In this document: piece by piece, positions 1-9,933 of the stretch
Layout of the letters: each line of letters opens with the position of its first letter
Position numbering within the stretch: position 1 is the stretch's first letter
Origin: a virus
IMG/VR virus record: IMGVR_UViG_3300021085_000017
Coordinates: 1 to 64,000 of that record
Length of the DNA: 64,000 bases
Strand: one strand, 5' to 3'
The notes under the pieces: model-generated
The model's input: only the letters and a program-made list of their open reading frames with translations
Told to the model about the DNA's origin: nothing
Databases searched by the model: none
Translations under genes and position numbers: made by a program

Positions 1-395
1 TATGTTAAGTCTCTGCGTTTAGCATCCTCTTCCCAACTCTTAACAAACTCAACTTCAGCATGTCTGCCGTCTGTTTCTTTGTCTGCTCTTAGTGTTGTGA
101 TTTCAAATGGTTCATTATCTAAGATTGCAGTAATAGTACCATGTTCTAAACCTGAAGGTATGTGTCTAATGCCTGATTTATCAAGTATCTCCATCATTTC
201 ATCTGGTGTTGCATCTGTTGCCAAATCAATATCTTTTGGTGTTTTATCTAATGCAAGGTCACGTACTGCACCACCAACTATTCTCAATTCATAGTTGTTA
301 CTCTTAAAAACTTTATCTAGTTTTTTAATAGACGAAGTTATCACAGACTTTACGTCTAGTGCCTCTTCATGTAATATGACCTGATTTATTCTCAT
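1..395 (-). CDS. cca: class II CCA-adding tRNA nucleotidyltransferase, N-terminal part (runs off window edge; not in ORF track)
   Basis: Manual translation from ATG at 395: MRINQVILHEE...LRIVGGAVRDLALDKTPKDIDLATDATP...FEITTLRADKETDGRHAEV...EEDAKRRDLT. It has the GGxVRD, DxD and RRD motifs of class II nucleotidyltransferases. Poly(A) polymerase cannot be fully excluded without the C-terminus. Confidence 0.85.
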   Translation of the reverse strand, partial: MRINQVILHEEALDVKSVITSSIKKLDKVFKSNNYELRIVGGAVRDLALDKTPKDIDLATDATPDEMMEILDKSGIRHIPSGLEHGTITAILDNEPFEITTLRADKETDGRHAEVEFVKSWEEDAKRRDLT

Positions 396-429
396 ATCAG
401 TATTTATCAGATACGTTAAGGGCGCCCAT

Positions 430-457
430 AAAAAACCCCTCACTGATGAGGGGTTTT
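430..457 (-). terminator. intrinsic terminator after tail sheath gene
   Basis: AAAACCCCTCA-ctga-TGAGGGGTTTT inverted repeat flanked by A/T runs. Confidence 0.85.
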
Positions 458-480
458 AAACTAAACTCTCTAGTCGTTTA

Positions 481-3168
481 TTATGCTAATGATTCGCCTG
501 TGTTGCGAATTCTTAATGGAATGTAGATAAATTCAACAGTTTTTGCTGGCTGAATTGCAACATCTACCCATAATTCATTTCTATCAATTCTTGCTGGTGT
601 GTTGTTTGATTCGTCACACACTACTAAGAAGTCAAATAAACCTCTTTCAGTAACAAGGTTACCACAGAAACGTTCTACTGCATCTCTCATGTTGTCTCTT
701 GTAATCTTATCGTTTTGTTCGAATAAGAATGAACGAGATAACTGGTCTAAGTTGTAACGCATGTGGTTAACTAGACGTGCAACATTGATTCTATCCAATG
801 CACTTGAAGTTGCTTGTGTTGTCTTCTGACCGAACACTGCCATTCCTTGTGCTGGGAAGTCTGCGATTGGGTTCATACGTCCGTTGTATAATGTATCACG
901 CTGACCTTCACTCAATTGAACTTTAACAAACTCATCTTCTGCGTTTACATAACCAACTTGCGTTGCGTTAGAAACTACACCACGTGTCAAGCCTGCTGGT
1001 GCGAACCATGGGAATGATACTTGGTCTGAGAATGCGATAGTTCTTAATGCGATTGCCGATGATGGAACAACTACGTTGTTACCTGACAAGTCACTTGAGT
1101 AACCATGTGGATAATAGATTGCCGCATAAGTCTCTGCTGGAACATATGTATCAGCCCATGCTTTCAATGAAGTTGAATCTGATTTCAATGTCATTGGGCA
1201 ATCACCGATTACGAATGCGATTTCTTTTTTATCTTTGTTTAATGTAATCATTTCGTCCATCAACTCATAGTATCCTGGAGCGGCGATTAGATTGAAGTAT
1301 ACTGATTCTGAACGAATTCCAGTATTGCTTGATAGTGAAGCCTGCATTGCTTCTACAACAATTGCTCTTTGAGCCTCTGGTCCGAACTTGCCTGAACCAT
1401 CTGTGTTTGTACCTGATGCCCAAACCCACTTACCGCCAGTGTATTTCTTAACGTTATAAGTAGAATAGTCCATGTTAATCATCAGAATTCCTTCTGGATG
1501 TAAATCTGGATTGGCTGTATCTGCATGTGCTGTTCTGGAAGCCGCGGCACCTGCCGCTGTGTATGGAGCGTCATATGAGTAATGACTGAATACCATTCCT
1601 GCTGTAGATGATTGGTCTGCATTGTCTAATTTGACCCATGCTGTACCTGACCAACGATATACTGTTGCGTATGGAACTGCGTCACCGTCTACCCAGATAT
1701 CACCTGCTACTAGAGCCGATGTTCCGTCTTTACGTTTTGTTGGAGCGCCTGAAACTAATTGTAATTCGCTTGGTGCTAAACCATCTGTGTCTTCTGACCA
1801 TGCGTATTTCTGCCATTCCATTGTACCGCCATTGTTGACGTTCTTCATAATTTCCATCTTAAGGTCTGCACTATACCAATGTGTACCTTCTGCAATTGTG
1901 CCTGTAATTTGTGTAGCACTTGATTGGTAAGATAATGGTTCCCAAACTGATGCAACTTGAGGAGTACTTGCAAAGCCCATTGCAACATGACCTACTGAAA
2001 ATACTATTGGTAATATTTGACCATCTGTCTTAGTGAAACGAATTTTATCTGTTCCGATTTTCTCAACTTTAACGTTTGCTGTGTTTAAGGCAGATTTTGA
2101 TTGTAAGTTTGTTACAATTGCGTCTAATGAGGAATTAGTATATGGTCCACATGTAACACCGTCTACTGTAAAAGTTGCAGTGATGGATGATGTGCTAGGT
2201 ACTGCGCCTGATGTAACAACTGATGTTGTAGCACCTGTATGGCGTCTTAGTTGAAAGTAACCAAAACCATCTGCTCTAGTATTATACTGTGTGTAAATAC
2301 TACCAGCATTTGTTGACACTGCTGATGCTAAATCGTCATTAGCATAAACTGGTGCCGATAGTGCTGAGAATAAACCAGAAGTAGTGTTATAAACATTTAA
2401 GTCTACATCTAAACCAGAACCGGCTGTCGCTAAACGAACATAAGCATCGCCTGATGCTAATGCACCGCCACCTGATTTTGTTGATGGAGCAAACATTGAG
2501 AATTGAAAATCTGCTGAACCAGTGTCACCTGCTAAAACCCATGATGAGCCAACTTTTTCAAAGTATGAAACTTTAGCAGTAGATGTTACAACTGCGAAGT
2601 CGCCTGCTTGACCGAATGTGTTTAATGGTTGAGCGTGTTCACCTGAAAGTGCATCTACGTTTCCTGTTCCTGGAGCATCGTCTAAAACAGCAATTGATTT
2701 TGCTTTCCAATCTGTACCATCATGTACAAATAATCCGAATTTTGTTTTTGATGTGTTATGCCAGTGTGTACCGTTAGTGATAACGCCGGCTGGTGCTGTA
2801 CTTGATGCTTCTAATTCTGCTAAGTCAACGTCTGCACGAATAACGTATGCATTGTTTGAAACGCCTAGATATTGGTATGCCGCTAATAAGCCGTATTCAC
2901 TTGTTTCTGAACCTTGTACAACTGAACCGCCAACTTCGTAAAATTTTGGTTCGCCGAATGTTTCAACTAATTCTCTCTGTGATGATACTAAGTAGGCAAT
3001 TCCTGCGTTTGCTGGCTTTGTACCAGTCGCTGTTGCACTACCCGAGGCATCTGCTTTGTTACTTGCCGTAGCAATAACTAATAATGGAAGTGTACCTTGT
3101 GTAGCCGCCGCATATTGCGATTCATCTGTTACGGTTACTGCAACTCCTGGTGATACTAATGTAGCCAT
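481..3168 (-). CDS. gp18: contractile tail sheath protein (T4 gp18-like)
   Basis: N-terminal LVSPGV; C-terminal PWFAPAGLTRG, SALDRINVARL, FEQND, CDESNNTPARIDRNEL, PAKTVEFIYI are typical sheath motifs. Confidence 0.95.
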   Translation of the reverse strand: MATLVSPGVAVTVTDESQYAAATQGTLPLLVIATASNKADASGSATATGTKPANAGIAYLVSSQRELVETFGEPKFYEVGGSVVQGSETSEYGLLAAYQYLGVSNNAYVIRADVDLAELEASSTAPAGVITNGTHWHNTSKTKFGLFVHDGTDWKAKSIAVLDDAPGTGNVDALSGEHAQPLNTFGQAGDFAVVTSTAKVSYFEKVGSSWVLAGDTGSADFQFSMFAPSTKSGGGALASGDAYVRLATAGSGLDVDLNVYNTTSGLFSALSAPVYANDDLASAVSTNAGSIYTQYNTRADGFGYFQLRRHTGATTSVVTSGAVPSTSSITATFTVDGVTCGPYTNSSLDAIVTNLQSKSALNTANVKVEKIGTDKIRFTKTDGQILPIVFSVGHVAMGFASTPQVASVWEPLSYQSSATQITGTIAEGTHWYSADLKMEIMKNVNNGGTMEWQKYAWSEDTDGLAPSELQLVSGAPTKRKDGTSALVAGDIWVDGDAVPYATVYRWSGTAWVKLDNADQSSTAGMVFSHYSYDAPYTAAGAAASRTAHADTANPDLHPEGILMINMDYSTYNVKKYTGGKWVWASGTNTDGSGKFGPEAQRAIVVEAMQASLSSNTGIRSESVYFNLIAAPGYYELMDEMITLNKDKKEIAFVIGDCPMTLKSDSTSLKAWADTYVPAETYAAIYYPHGYSSDLSGNNVVVPSSAIALRTIAFSDQVSFPWFAPAGLTRGVVSNATQVGYVNAEDEFVKVQLSEGQRDTLYNGRMNPIADFPAQGMAVFGQKTTQATSSALDRINVARLVNHMRYNLDQLSRSFLFEQNDKITRDNMRDAVERFCGNLVTERGLFDFLVVCDESNNTPARIDRNELWVDVAIQPAKTVEFIYIPLRIRNTGESLA

Positions 3169-3258
3169 AGTATTTTCTCCTGTTTGGTTTGACTGTTAAA
3201 TATATTTCGCTACATGTATTTAGTCAAAAACATGAAAAAACACTGCTTTTGGGGTTAA

Positions 3259-3882
3259 CTACGTAGACAACACACTCGAAACTTTACTATATAATGTGTC
3301 TATTGTGTCGCCATCGTTATAGATGATGTGATTGAATGTGTCGTTAGTTCCTATCCATCTCCATTCACTTTGATGAACATCAGGATATGAAGTTCTCATT
3401 AAGTTTGAATTTGTTTTATTGTCTAATATTGCAACTCCCCACCAATCTGGTAGTTCGCCTCGTCTAACATTCCAAACTTCGCCACCCAAATCTTTAATGA
3501 TTTTTATCTCATTAGCAAATCGTACATCAGGTATGATATAATTATTTTCAGGATTATTAATTATTTCTTGCTTAACTAGACTAACCCAGATACCATCGTA
3601 GAAACCATTACGCATACAGTCAGTGCCGAACTCTTGCAGTACAAGTCTAGGAGTAATCTCTCTACCTGTTTCATTAGTCCAAAACTCATCAACAGTTTCA
3701 CGCCACTCTCTACTTTCTACAGTGTCGCCTTCTAACATAGCACGGTCCCAACCGTATACAGTTGCAACACCATCTTTGAGTTTATCTGCGAATGAAAGTT
3801 TTATGAAGTTATGTTCTTCAACTAGAATGTCTGCTACAGTGCCTTTGCCTGAGCCTATTAGTCCTGTGATACCTATTATCAT
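3259..3882 (-). CDS. deoxynucleoside monophosphate kinase (T4 gp1-like)
   Basis: IIGITGLIGSGKGTVA P-loop, SFADKLK, PRLVLQEFGT, DVRFANE, HQSE. Start moved to 3882 because the ORF-track start at 3921 lies inside the promoter. Confidence 0.9.
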   Translation of the reverse strand: MIIGITGLIGSGKGTVADILVEEHNFIKLSFADKLKDGVATVYGWDRAMLEGDTVESREWRETVDEFWTNETGREITPRLVLQEFGTDCMRNGFYDGIWVSLVKQEIINNPENNYIIPDVRFANEIKIIKDLGGEVWNVRRGELPDWWGVAILDNKTNSNLMRTSYPDVHQSEWRWIGTNDTFNHIIYNDGDTIDTLYSKVSSVLST

Positions 3883-3912
3883 TTGATTTCTTTTTTCAGT
3901 TTCGATAATATT

Positions 3913-3941
3913 ATTATACAACCAAAGATACTGAATGTCAA
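3913..3941 (-). promoter_or_regulatory. sigma70-type early promoter (dNMP kinase)
   Basis: TTGACA-17 nt-TATAAT, perfect consensus on minus strand. Confidence 0.85.
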
Positions 3942-4126
3942 CCGTTTTCTGAATTTATATCTCTGGTTTTTATATCTTCTAAGATAGAATCTTTCATTTC
4001 ATCAGAATAATCCAACCAATCAAAGATTTCGTTCATATGGCGTTTACAGCCAACACAAAAGTTTTTATCATTGTATTTGCAAATACTTACACAAGGACTT
4101 TTATTGTTCTTTGGATGAAAAGCCAC
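3938..4126 (-). CDS. DUF1289-like small Cys-rich (predicted Fe-S) protein
   Basis: SPCVSIC...FCVGCKR...EIFDW pattern. Confidence 0.75.
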   Translation of the reverse strand: MAFHPKNNKSPCVSICKYNDKNFCVGCKRHMNEIFDWLDYSDEMKDSILEDIKTRDINSENG

Positions 4127-4128
4127 AA

Positions 4129-4881
4129 TTAGCCAATCATAACACCTAGCGGTGCTGAACCATCAATGTAAAGTTTCAACTCTGTTTCTAACTTTTCTAT
4201 TTCTGCCGTAGCATCTTGTTTTAGAACGTCACCGTTTAGTGTAACTCCACCCTGTGCGCCTGGAAGTGAAGAGAATTTAGAACGAGCCTCGCCAATCATT
4301 TTCTTACAATATGCCAATGAGTAATCTCTCATCCATGATTTTAAGTATGGGTCTTTTAGTAGTTGGTCGTCAGAACGCTCTAAGTAAACATGAAGTAATA
4401 CCATTTCGTCCGCTCTCATTTTTCTTAAAAGTTTTAACTTATGAGTAGTTGCATTCCAAATAAATTGAATATCAGTAGCCGCAACTCTGCCTAATGTTTC
4501 ACGGTACTGAGAGAATAGTTCGTATGTTGATATACCACCAACATGATTATTCATAAAGAAATATGAATTTGCATATGCTAATTCAAATGGATCCATGTCT
4601 ACGCCAGCAGATATGCCATGACCGAAAGAACGATGATGTATCTTTTTAACTTCTGTTATCTCTGCTGGAAGTCTGTATTCATCGACATCTTTCTTTAGTT
4701 CAATAGTGTAAAAATCTTCTTCTACTGCCGCTTCTGAACGTTGTCTAATCTTATCTACTGCAATATCGATAGCAAGGTCATAATGTTCTGGATCCAATTC
4801 GATATCGACCATACCGTCACCGAGTAATAGTCTAATCTGTCTAATTACATCATTTTTTATTTTATTACGTTGTTTTGCCAT
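4129..4881 (-). CDS. gp13: neck protein (T4 gp13-like)
   Basis: LLLGDGMVDIELDPEH, WMRDYSLAYCKKMIGEARSKFSSLPGAQGGVTLNG; late box TAAATA at 4924-4929. Confidence 0.85.
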   Translation of the reverse strand: MAKQRNKIKNDVIRQIRLLLGDGMVDIELDPEHYDLAIDIAVDKIRQRSEAAVEEDFYTIELKKDVDEYRLPAEITEVKKIHHRSFGHGISAGVDMDPFELAYANSYFFMNNHVGGISTYELFSQYRETLGRVAATDIQFIWNATTHKLKLLRKMRADEMVLLHVYLERSDDQLLKDPYLKSWMRDYSLAYCKKMIGEARSKFSSLPGAQGGVTLNGDVLKQDATAEIEKLETELKLYIDGSAPLGVMIG

Positions 4882-4929
4882 TTCTTGACCTCAAATATCA
4901 TTAACATGTATCACTGTTAACAGTATTTA

Positions 4930-6207
4930 TCAAAAAACTTTTATAATCAAACTGTGGTCGTTAAATCTGCCGTTCATTTTGATTTCAACACTGTTTATTT
5001 CATCAAACTGTTTCTGAAATGAACGTTTTGCTATCTTTTTGAACTTTGCTAGTTGTTCGATTGGCTTACGTAGTGTCTTCTGGACGCTCGTGGTTGGGTT
5101 AAAACCTTGAATAGTCGTTCCTTTTACACTTAGACCAGATCCGTCTCTCTTTAGTCCCGTAGGGTCAACATTTTGAGCATGGTATACTCCAAGTTTTCTT
5201 GTCTTAGAATTGTATACTATGATACTATTGGCTCCAACTATTTCTGCTGGGTTCACACTAATTGACTTAGTTTCTGGATGATGGTCTAAATATTTAAACT
5301 TACTGACTTGTTTTTCAGCACTGACTGGCTTCTTCTTACGAGGCTTCCTTGTCACTTTGCCCTTTAATACAATGTTGTCACAAGCATCCATAATAGATTT
5401 GTACATCTTAAACTGATTCTTTATTACACTTTTAGATAGATGTGAATAACCTTCTTTAAGTTGCTCATGCATATCTTTATCAAACTCTGACATACCTTTA
5501 GTACTAGGAGGATTTACAAGTTCTGAGAAATCGTCAAAGGTTGGCTGATATAATGATGCTATTATTTTAGCATGATTTGGTTTTGCGCCAACAATTAAAA
5601 GCATTCGTTGTGGGTCAAAGGTAGTCAACATCGATGAAGAACCATCAAACTCTTCAATATATTCATCTATCTCTTCTGACATTTCTAAAGACTTATTGAA
5701 TAGAAGTTGTTGAATGGATGGTTTATACGTATTAACTTTTTCTTGTTCTTCTTCTTTCTTTTCTTCTTTGATTATCTTGCCAAAAGAAATAACCTCTTCT
5801 ATTTGTCCTTTGACAGAATCAGTAATATCACACAAAGATGTTGCTGTAATACCTTCTAATGTATCTAAGTATTCAGGAATACCAGCATGATTCTCTGGCA
5901 TACCCTTTGATAATGCTCTCACATATCCTGCAAGAGTACTTTTAGTTCTCCAGTCTTCGGCTGCCTTATATGATTTGATATCTTCTTTAGAGTAGCCATT
6001 GTCTTTCATGTATTGGACTACCCAAGGAACAAAATCTTTAGATTTGTAATAGTAACTATAATAATATGGAGTTCTTGCACGTTCTCTATAATATTTTTCT
6101 GCGGTCCAAGTGTCTGAGCCTTTCCAATCAGGCTCTAGTCCTGTAATAGACTCATCTGAAAGAATATTTGCTTTTTTGTTCTTCTTTTTCATTGTTTTTA
6201 TAGCCAC
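4930..6207 (-). CDS. hypothetical phage protein, Lys-rich, early promoter
   Basis: 425-aa ORF with GAGGG RBS and sigma70 promoter at 6250-6278; no family recognised. Confidence 0.7.
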   Translation of the reverse strand: MAIKTMKKKNKKANILSDESITGLEPDWKGSDTWTAEKYYRERARTPYYYSYYYKSKDFVPWVVQYMKDNGYSKEDIKSYKAAEDWRTKSTLAGYVRALSKGMPENHAGIPEYLDTLEGITATSLCDITDSVKGQIEEVISFGKIIKEEKKEEEQEKVNTYKPSIQQLLFNKSLEMSEEIDEYIEEFDGSSSMLTTFDPQRMLLIVGAKPNHAKIIASLYQPTFDDFSELVNPPSTKGMSEFDKDMHEQLKEGYSHLSKSVIKNQFKMYKSIMDACDNIVLKGKVTRKPRKKKPVSAEKQVSKFKYLDHHPETKSISVNPAEIVGANSIIVYNSKTRKLGVYHAQNVDPTGLKRDGSGLSVKGTTIQGFNPTTSVQKTLRKPIEQLAKFKKIAKRSFQKQFDEINSVEIKMNGRFNDHSLIIKVF

Positions 6208-6249
6208 ATTGCCCTCTTCATTTACTTTTATATATCAACATTTAAGAAT

Positions 6250-6278
6250 ACTATACACCGAATGCAGTAGTTTGTCAA
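6250..6278 (-). promoter_or_regulatory. sigma70-type early promoter
   Basis: TTGACA-17-TATAGT. Confidence 0.75.
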
Positions 6279-6286
6279 GTTTTCCG

Positions 6287-6997
6287 TCATTTTTTCTTTT
6301 TTCTTGCAGTTTTTGTATTGTAATCTATTTCTCTGATTCGTTCAATTATGTTGACATCTAGTGCATTCATTAGCAATGCACTTCTAAAATGGTCACTATT
6401 ATTTGGCATAGTACTGTGTAATGTCCTCGAATTATAAATCAAGGCATCGCCCGCTTTTGACACAAATTGAAAACCTTTAGATGTAAGTAAGTCATTATAT
6501 TCTTCTTGGTTGTCTTGTATATCTTGGTAATAAAATCTATCTTTATGTGAACCAGGAAGAATACATGTTGCACCGTTCTCTATTGTGAAGTTGTCTAACG
6601 GAACAATAATTTGTACACCAAATAACTCATCATTTGTTGACCTAGCAAAATCTTCAAATCTATAAGGAGTATCAACATGTGCCCTAATCTTAGACTGTCC
6701 TGGTCTTGTTGTGATTGTATCAACGATATGCATATCCCATTGTTTGCCTTTAAACATTGCGTTTAGAGGACTAGTTAATTTGTCTACTATGGGGTCCCAC
6801 ATTTCTCTTGGTGGCTGTTTACTCCAGCAGATGTTATATTCTCTACCTTTACGATGTTTCCCGTAGTATTCCCCATTTACAGCGTTTCCACGATGTATAT
6901 TCTCTGGGTTCATTGCCCACAATTTGAATTGTCTCACTGCAAATGGTGATAGCAATTCTTTTATTGACAAGTATCCTTGATTTTCATCTATTAACAT
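6287..6997 (-). CDS. phytanoyl-CoA dioxygenase family 2OG-Fe(II) oxygenase
   Basis: HVD facial motif, PLDNFTIENGATCILPGSHK, GDALIY...LHSTMPN...R. Confidence 0.85.
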   Translation of the reverse strand: MLIDENQGYLSIKELLSPFAVRQFKLWAMNPENIHRGNAVNGEYYGKHRKGREYNICWSKQPPREMWDPIVDKLTSPLNAMFKGKQWDMHIVDTITTRPGQSKIRAHVDTPYRFEDFARSTNDELFGVQIIVPLDNFTIENGATCILPGSHKDRFYYQDIQDNQEEYNDLLTSKGFQFVSKAGDALIYNSRTLHSTMPNNSDHFRSALLMNALDVNIIERIREIDYNTKTARKKKK

Positions 6998-7049
6998 ATT
7001 ATTGTACCTTCTTAAAACTTTATTTATAATTTTGAAATTATATTACTAT

Positions 7050-7078
7050 ATTATATGATAAATACAGTAAGAAGTCAA
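7050..7078. promoter_or_regulatory. nested divergent promoters: sigma70 (minus) enclosing late box (plus)
   Basis: minus TTGACT-17-TATAAT (7078..7050); plus GATAAATAC at 7057-7065 lies inside its spacer. Confidence 0.7.
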
Positions 7079-7097
7079 ATTATGGAGAAAAATAGTT

Positions 7098-8105
7098 ATG
7101 GCAAGACTTAGCCTATGGAATCCTAAAAAGGGTAACGATTACAAATTTATTGATAAAACTGTCAAAGCACATTTTGACCATGGCGGTACGTCACTTTTAA
7201 TTCATAAGTATATCGGCTCACAAGATAAGACTGATGCTGATTTTGACCCTGCCAAACCGGCAATACAAGATTTACTATTTTTAGAGAACAGAGATAGAAA
7301 GTACGACACAGATGTGTATGACCTTAGAGGCGTATATACAGTATCTGACCAAGACTTTGAATTATCACAGTTCGGTATGTTCTTAGGTAATGACCAACAA
7401 GTGTTCACTCTCCATTTGAACGAGATGGTCAATCAACTAGGTCGCAAAATTATGACTGGCGATGTAATCGAATTGCCTCACATGAGAGAAGACATGATGT
7501 TAGAAGGCAACGATGGCGAAGACCCAGATGCAGTAAATCAATATTGGGTAGTACAAGAAGCATCGAAAGATTCGAGTGGCTTTGACCCAGGTTGGTGGCC
7601 ACATATTTGGCGTGTTCGTTGCAAACAATTACAAGATACACAAGAGTACAAAGATATTCTTGGTACTGGTGAAGAAGCATCCGACTTGAAGAATATTCTA
7701 TCTACGTACAACAAAGAACTACAAATTACTGATGCTGTTGTACAAGAAGCACAAGATAATGTTCCTGGAAAATACTGGGACTATAGAACTAATAACTTAA
7801 TGTATGCAACACAATCAAATCATCCAGATGATGTAGATTACGCCACAGTGGCTTTCGGTAAAGAATTTCCTGATAGTCCAAGTACTGATTCTTATTTCTT
7901 AAGAACAGATTATTCACCGTCAAGGTTATTTCAATACAGAGATAGCAAATGGTTTAGAATCAATGACGATGATGGTGCTTGGGAAGTTGGACATGCGTTA
8001 CACAATCAATTTATTAATAACTCAGGTACAGTAACACTAGATGACGGCACAACACTTGCTGGCAAAGTAAATCTGTCGAAGGCAGTTAAACCAAAGGTAG
8101 ACTAA
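7098..8105 (+). CDS. gp14: neck / head completion protein (T4 gp14-like)
   Basis: IQDLLFLENRDRKYD, LSQFGMFL, GDVIELPH; directly precedes gp15-like gene. Confidence 0.75.
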   Translation: MARLSLWNPKKGNDYKFIDKTVKAHFDHGGTSLLIHKYIGSQDKTDADFDPAKPAIQDLLFLENRDRKYDTDVYDLRGVYTVSDQDFELSQFGMFLGNDQQVFTLHLNEMVNQLGRKIMTGDVIELPHMREDMMLEGNDGEDPDAVNQYWVVQEASKDSSGFDPGWWPHIWRVRCKQLQDTQEYKDILGTGEEASDLKNILSTYNKELQITDAVVQEAQDNVPGKYWDYRTNNLMYATQSNHPDDVDYATVAFGKEFPDSPSTDSYFLRTDYSPSRLFQYRDSKWFRINDDDGAWEVGHALHNQFINNSGTVTLDDGTTLAGKVNLSKAVKPKVD

Positions 8106-8106
8106 T

Positions 8107-9489
8107 ATGGCACAAAAACATTTCTATGACAATCAGATTCGAAGATATATCTTACAATTTGTAAGAATGTTCAGTGGCTTCACAGTTAAAACAGGCTCAA
8201 AGAAAAACGATGGAGTAACTGATTATTATATCAGAGTACCAGCAAGATACGGAGATGTATCTCGTATGGCGGCAACTATTCTTAAGGGTAACTCAGAGAA
8301 TGTAGTACAATCTGCTCCATTTATTGCTTGTTGGGTACAAAGTTTGCAACCTGATAGACAGAGATTACAAGAGCCATTCTTCAATGATGCTGTGAGTATT
8401 AATGAAAGAGCATTCGACTCAAATACAAACTCTTACACCGCAGAACAGGGACAAAAGTATAGTGTAAAAAGATTAATGCCAGTTCCTTACTTACTGAATA
8501 TGCAAGTTGATATTTGGACTTCAAACACTGACCAAAAACTTCAACTACTTGAGCAAATCTTAGTGCTATTTAATCCAGCATTAGAAATACAACACAATGA
8601 TAATCCAATTGATTGGACGACAATCACTACTGTAGAGATGACTGACTTACAATGGACAAGCAGAGGAATTCCGGCAGGTATTGAAGACCAAATTGATATT
8701 GCAACAATGATATTTCAGATACCAGTTTGGATTAATCCACCAGCACAAGTCACAAGACAAAATGTTATCAGAAATATTATCAATAACATATACACTTATA
8801 CAGACTTAGACACACTTGATTATGACCCAGATGCATTTGAGTTCTTTGCAGACTTGAACGCACAGTCAAGTGTAATTGTAACTCCAGGCAATTACGCATT
8901 AAGAGTTTATGAAAATGGTGGTAATGTTTTAGCAACTCCGTTTGCAAACGGAAATTACGATGCTAGTATTCCTTGGTCAACAGTACTTAAAGAATATGGC
9001 ACATTAGATAGTGGTGTTTCAAGGCTTCGATTAAAATACCATGGCGAGTTAGATGACTTGAATGCTGACGTAATCGGCACACTATCAACTACTGGTGATA
9101 ATAATACTTTAGAATTCGCAATCGACACTGCTACGTTACCGACAAATACAATAACATCGGTAGATAGAATTATCAATGCCTCAACAGCAAGACCAGGATT
9201 TAACAGTATTCCAAATGTTGCACTAGGTCAAAGATACTTGACATTAGATTCTGCAACAGAAAGCAGTGTGTGGGGAATTGCAGTTGACACTAATGACATT
9301 ATAGAGTATAATGGTACTGATTGGGTGAAGAGTTTTGACGCAAGTGCTAATGACACTAGAGAATACGTAACAAACACAACGACTTCACAACAGTTTAAAT
9401 TTGATGCCAAAGATAAATCATGGACAGATACATACCAAGGAATTTATGAGGCTGGATATTGGAGAATGGAACTAGTAGTAACGCCATAA
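8107..9489 (+). CDS. gp15: tail sheath stabiliser / tail terminator (T4 gp15-like)
   Basis: HFYDNQIRRYILQFVRMFS, MPVPYLL, QLLEQILVLFNP. Confidence 0.85.
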   Translation: MAQKHFYDNQIRRYILQFVRMFSGFTVKTGSKKNDGVTDYYIRVPARYGDVSRMAATILKGNSENVVQSAPFIACWVQSLQPDRQRLQEPFFNDAVSINERAFDSNTNSYTAEQGQKYSVKRLMPVPYLLNMQVDIWTSNTDQKLQLLEQILVLFNPALEIQHNDNPIDWTTITTVEMTDLQWTSRGIPAGIEDQIDIATMIFQIPVWINPPAQVTRQNVIRNIINNIYTYTDLDTLDYDPDAFEFFADLNAQSSVIVTPGNYALRVYENGGNVLATPFANGNYDASIPWSTVLKEYGTLDSGVSRLRLKYHGELDDLNADVIGTLSTTGDNNTLEFAIDTATLPTNTITSVDRIINASTARPGFNSIPNVALGQRYLTLDSATESSVWGIAVDTNDIIEYNGTDWVKSFDASANDTREYVTNTTTSQQFKFDAKDKSWTDTYQGIYEAGYWRMELVVTP

Positions 9490-9932
9490 TGAAAGAATCG
9501 AAACTCAAGGCGGCTGGCGGATGCATAGTCGCAAAAGACACACATAGAATACTTCTACAACAAAGAGCAATAGATGGGTCATTTCCTAGAAATTGGGGTT
9601 TCTTTGGTGGAAAAGTAGAAGACAATGAAAATGTAGCACAAGCATTATTACGAGAGTTACAAGAAGAAATATCATTAGATATTGAAAATGATATTGTAAA
9701 GATATATCCACTAGACCAATATCATGCAAGAAATGGTGACTTTAGTTACTACTCTTTTGTTATTCTTGTCAAAGAAGAATTCATTCCAAAAATGAACGAT
9801 GAGTCTGGCGGATATGCTTGGGTAGACACAAACTGCGTGCCAAAACCTTTACATCCTGGTACAAGACGTACACTTTTTAGAAAGAAAAAACTAAAAATTA
9901 TTAACGATATCATATCAACATTGAAAGTTTAA
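9489..9932 (+). CDS. NUDIX hydrolase
   Basis: Nudix box GGKVEDNENVAQALLRELQEEIS; ATG overlaps the gp15 stop (TAATG). Confidence 0.9.
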   Translation: MKESKLKAAGGCIVAKDTHRILLQQRAIDGSFPRNWGFFGGKVEDNENVAQALLRELQEEISLDIENDIVKIYPLDQYHARNGDFSYYSFVILVKEEFIPKMNDESGGYAWVDTNCVPKPLHPGTRRTLFRKKKLKIINDIISTLKV

Positions 9933-9933
9933 A

